Assembly: GCF_009914755.1 (NCBI RefSeq)
Contig: NC_060929.1
Direction: 5' to 3' (one strand)
Source of the DNA: the human T2T-CHM13v2.0 reference genome, Homo sapiens
DNA length: 64,000 nt
Shown: positions 62,600 through 64,000 of the stretch, in pieces
Position numbering within the stretch: position 1 is the stretch's first letter
Layout: each line of letters begins with the position of its first letter
Made by a program: the position numbers and the translations under genes
Notes under the pieces: generated by a model
Database searches by the model: none
What the model saw: only the letters and a program-made list of their open reading frames with translations
Told to the model about the DNA's origin: nothing

Positions 62600-63421
62600 A
62601 CTCCCCTACTTTTGTGTTGAAAAATTTTGAGATAATTGCAGATTCACAGTCATAAGAAATGACTCAGAGAGACTGCTTGTGCTTTGTGCCTATTTCGCCC
62701 CAATGGTCACATTTTGTAAAATGATTCCTTTGCCGCTTTTGAGGAGGAGGTGGTGGGGGGGGGTGGGCACCAGTATGTTGAAGGAGAAATGCCCAGAGAG
62801 CTCTGGTGAGAGTTGCCTCCTTCCCCATCACCCTCCCTCTCTCTGTGAGCCAAGACTGTTTCATAGGTGTATCATGGAACAAGTTTGGGAAGCCTGGTAT
62901 ACGCAACTCACAAGTTCATCCTATCAACCCCCTACCAATCCCTTTGCCATCTTCTCACAGGAGCCCAGGCCACTTCCCTAGGGCACCACCCTTGACATGG
63001 CCCCATCCAACACACAGTGGATGTAGCTGAGAAGATCAACTGACCAACAGAGGTCAAGTTCCCCTTACACCATCTGTCTGGTTGTGGCGCTGGCTGGTAG
63101 GTGCCTGTTCAGCCGAGAACTACATTTCCCAGTACTCCTTGCTTCCCACATGACTAGTTTTCAGCAATGCAGTGTGAGCAGAGGGATCCAGGTGCTGTCA
63201 GGATGAGGGGTTAAGTAGTGGCTATGCCATCTTCTCTTTCTTCTCCCAGTTGGCTGTTTGGATGACACCAGGACAACCTTGGGGCCACAGGATGGTAGAG
63301 GATCCTCAAGATAGAAGCGGCCTGTGTCTCAGGGCAACCGTTGGAGGAAAACCACCCATGAGAGCCACAAGCCAGGAACACAGCATTAGACTTTGTATGA
63401 GGGAGAAATAAACATACGTAA

Positions 63422-63865
<444 letters not shown>

Positions 63866-64000
63866 CTCTGACCCCATTTTAAATTGTTTGCTGGAGTATT
63901 GTAAAGTAATTACCAGACATCATGCACAAGGGCAAACAAAATCAAAAGGTAAACACCCTTTATCATGCTAAGCCACCGAGATGAGGGGCCGTTCACCACA

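Noticed and set aside
63118-63132. ZNF143/THAP11-associated motif AACTACATTTCCCAG as a promoter
   Set aside because: It lies in what looks like an old MLT1 LTR, where this motif is common, and there is no CpG island or exon nearby.

Overview
This is primate DNA, most likely human (AluY/S/J, THE1, MER41). It contains the 5' end of SH3PXD2B (TKS4) on the minus strand: a CpG-island promoter, coding exon 1 at 14286-14360 ([25 protein letters not shown], then a GTGAGT donor), and intron 1 running off the left edge. The ~49 kb upstream is repeat-rich intergenic sequence with no other credible protein-coding exon. All repeat families were assigned by eye, so subfamily names and boundaries are approximate. 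I found no new gene system. The most unusual signal is structural: several short segments are copies of sequence lying 0.8-2.2 kb away (78 bp direct copy with an 8-bp flanking duplication; ~92 bp inverted copy; 216 bp perfect direct copy; a tailless Alu piece inside an MLT2 LTR; an older 75 bp copy). Also notable are a perfect 47-bp-arm palindrome at a truncated MER41 junction, a tailless retrocopy of a 5' tRNA-Cys half with a 14-bp target-site duplication (TSD), and GC-rich tandem repeats in the promoter and 5'UTR.
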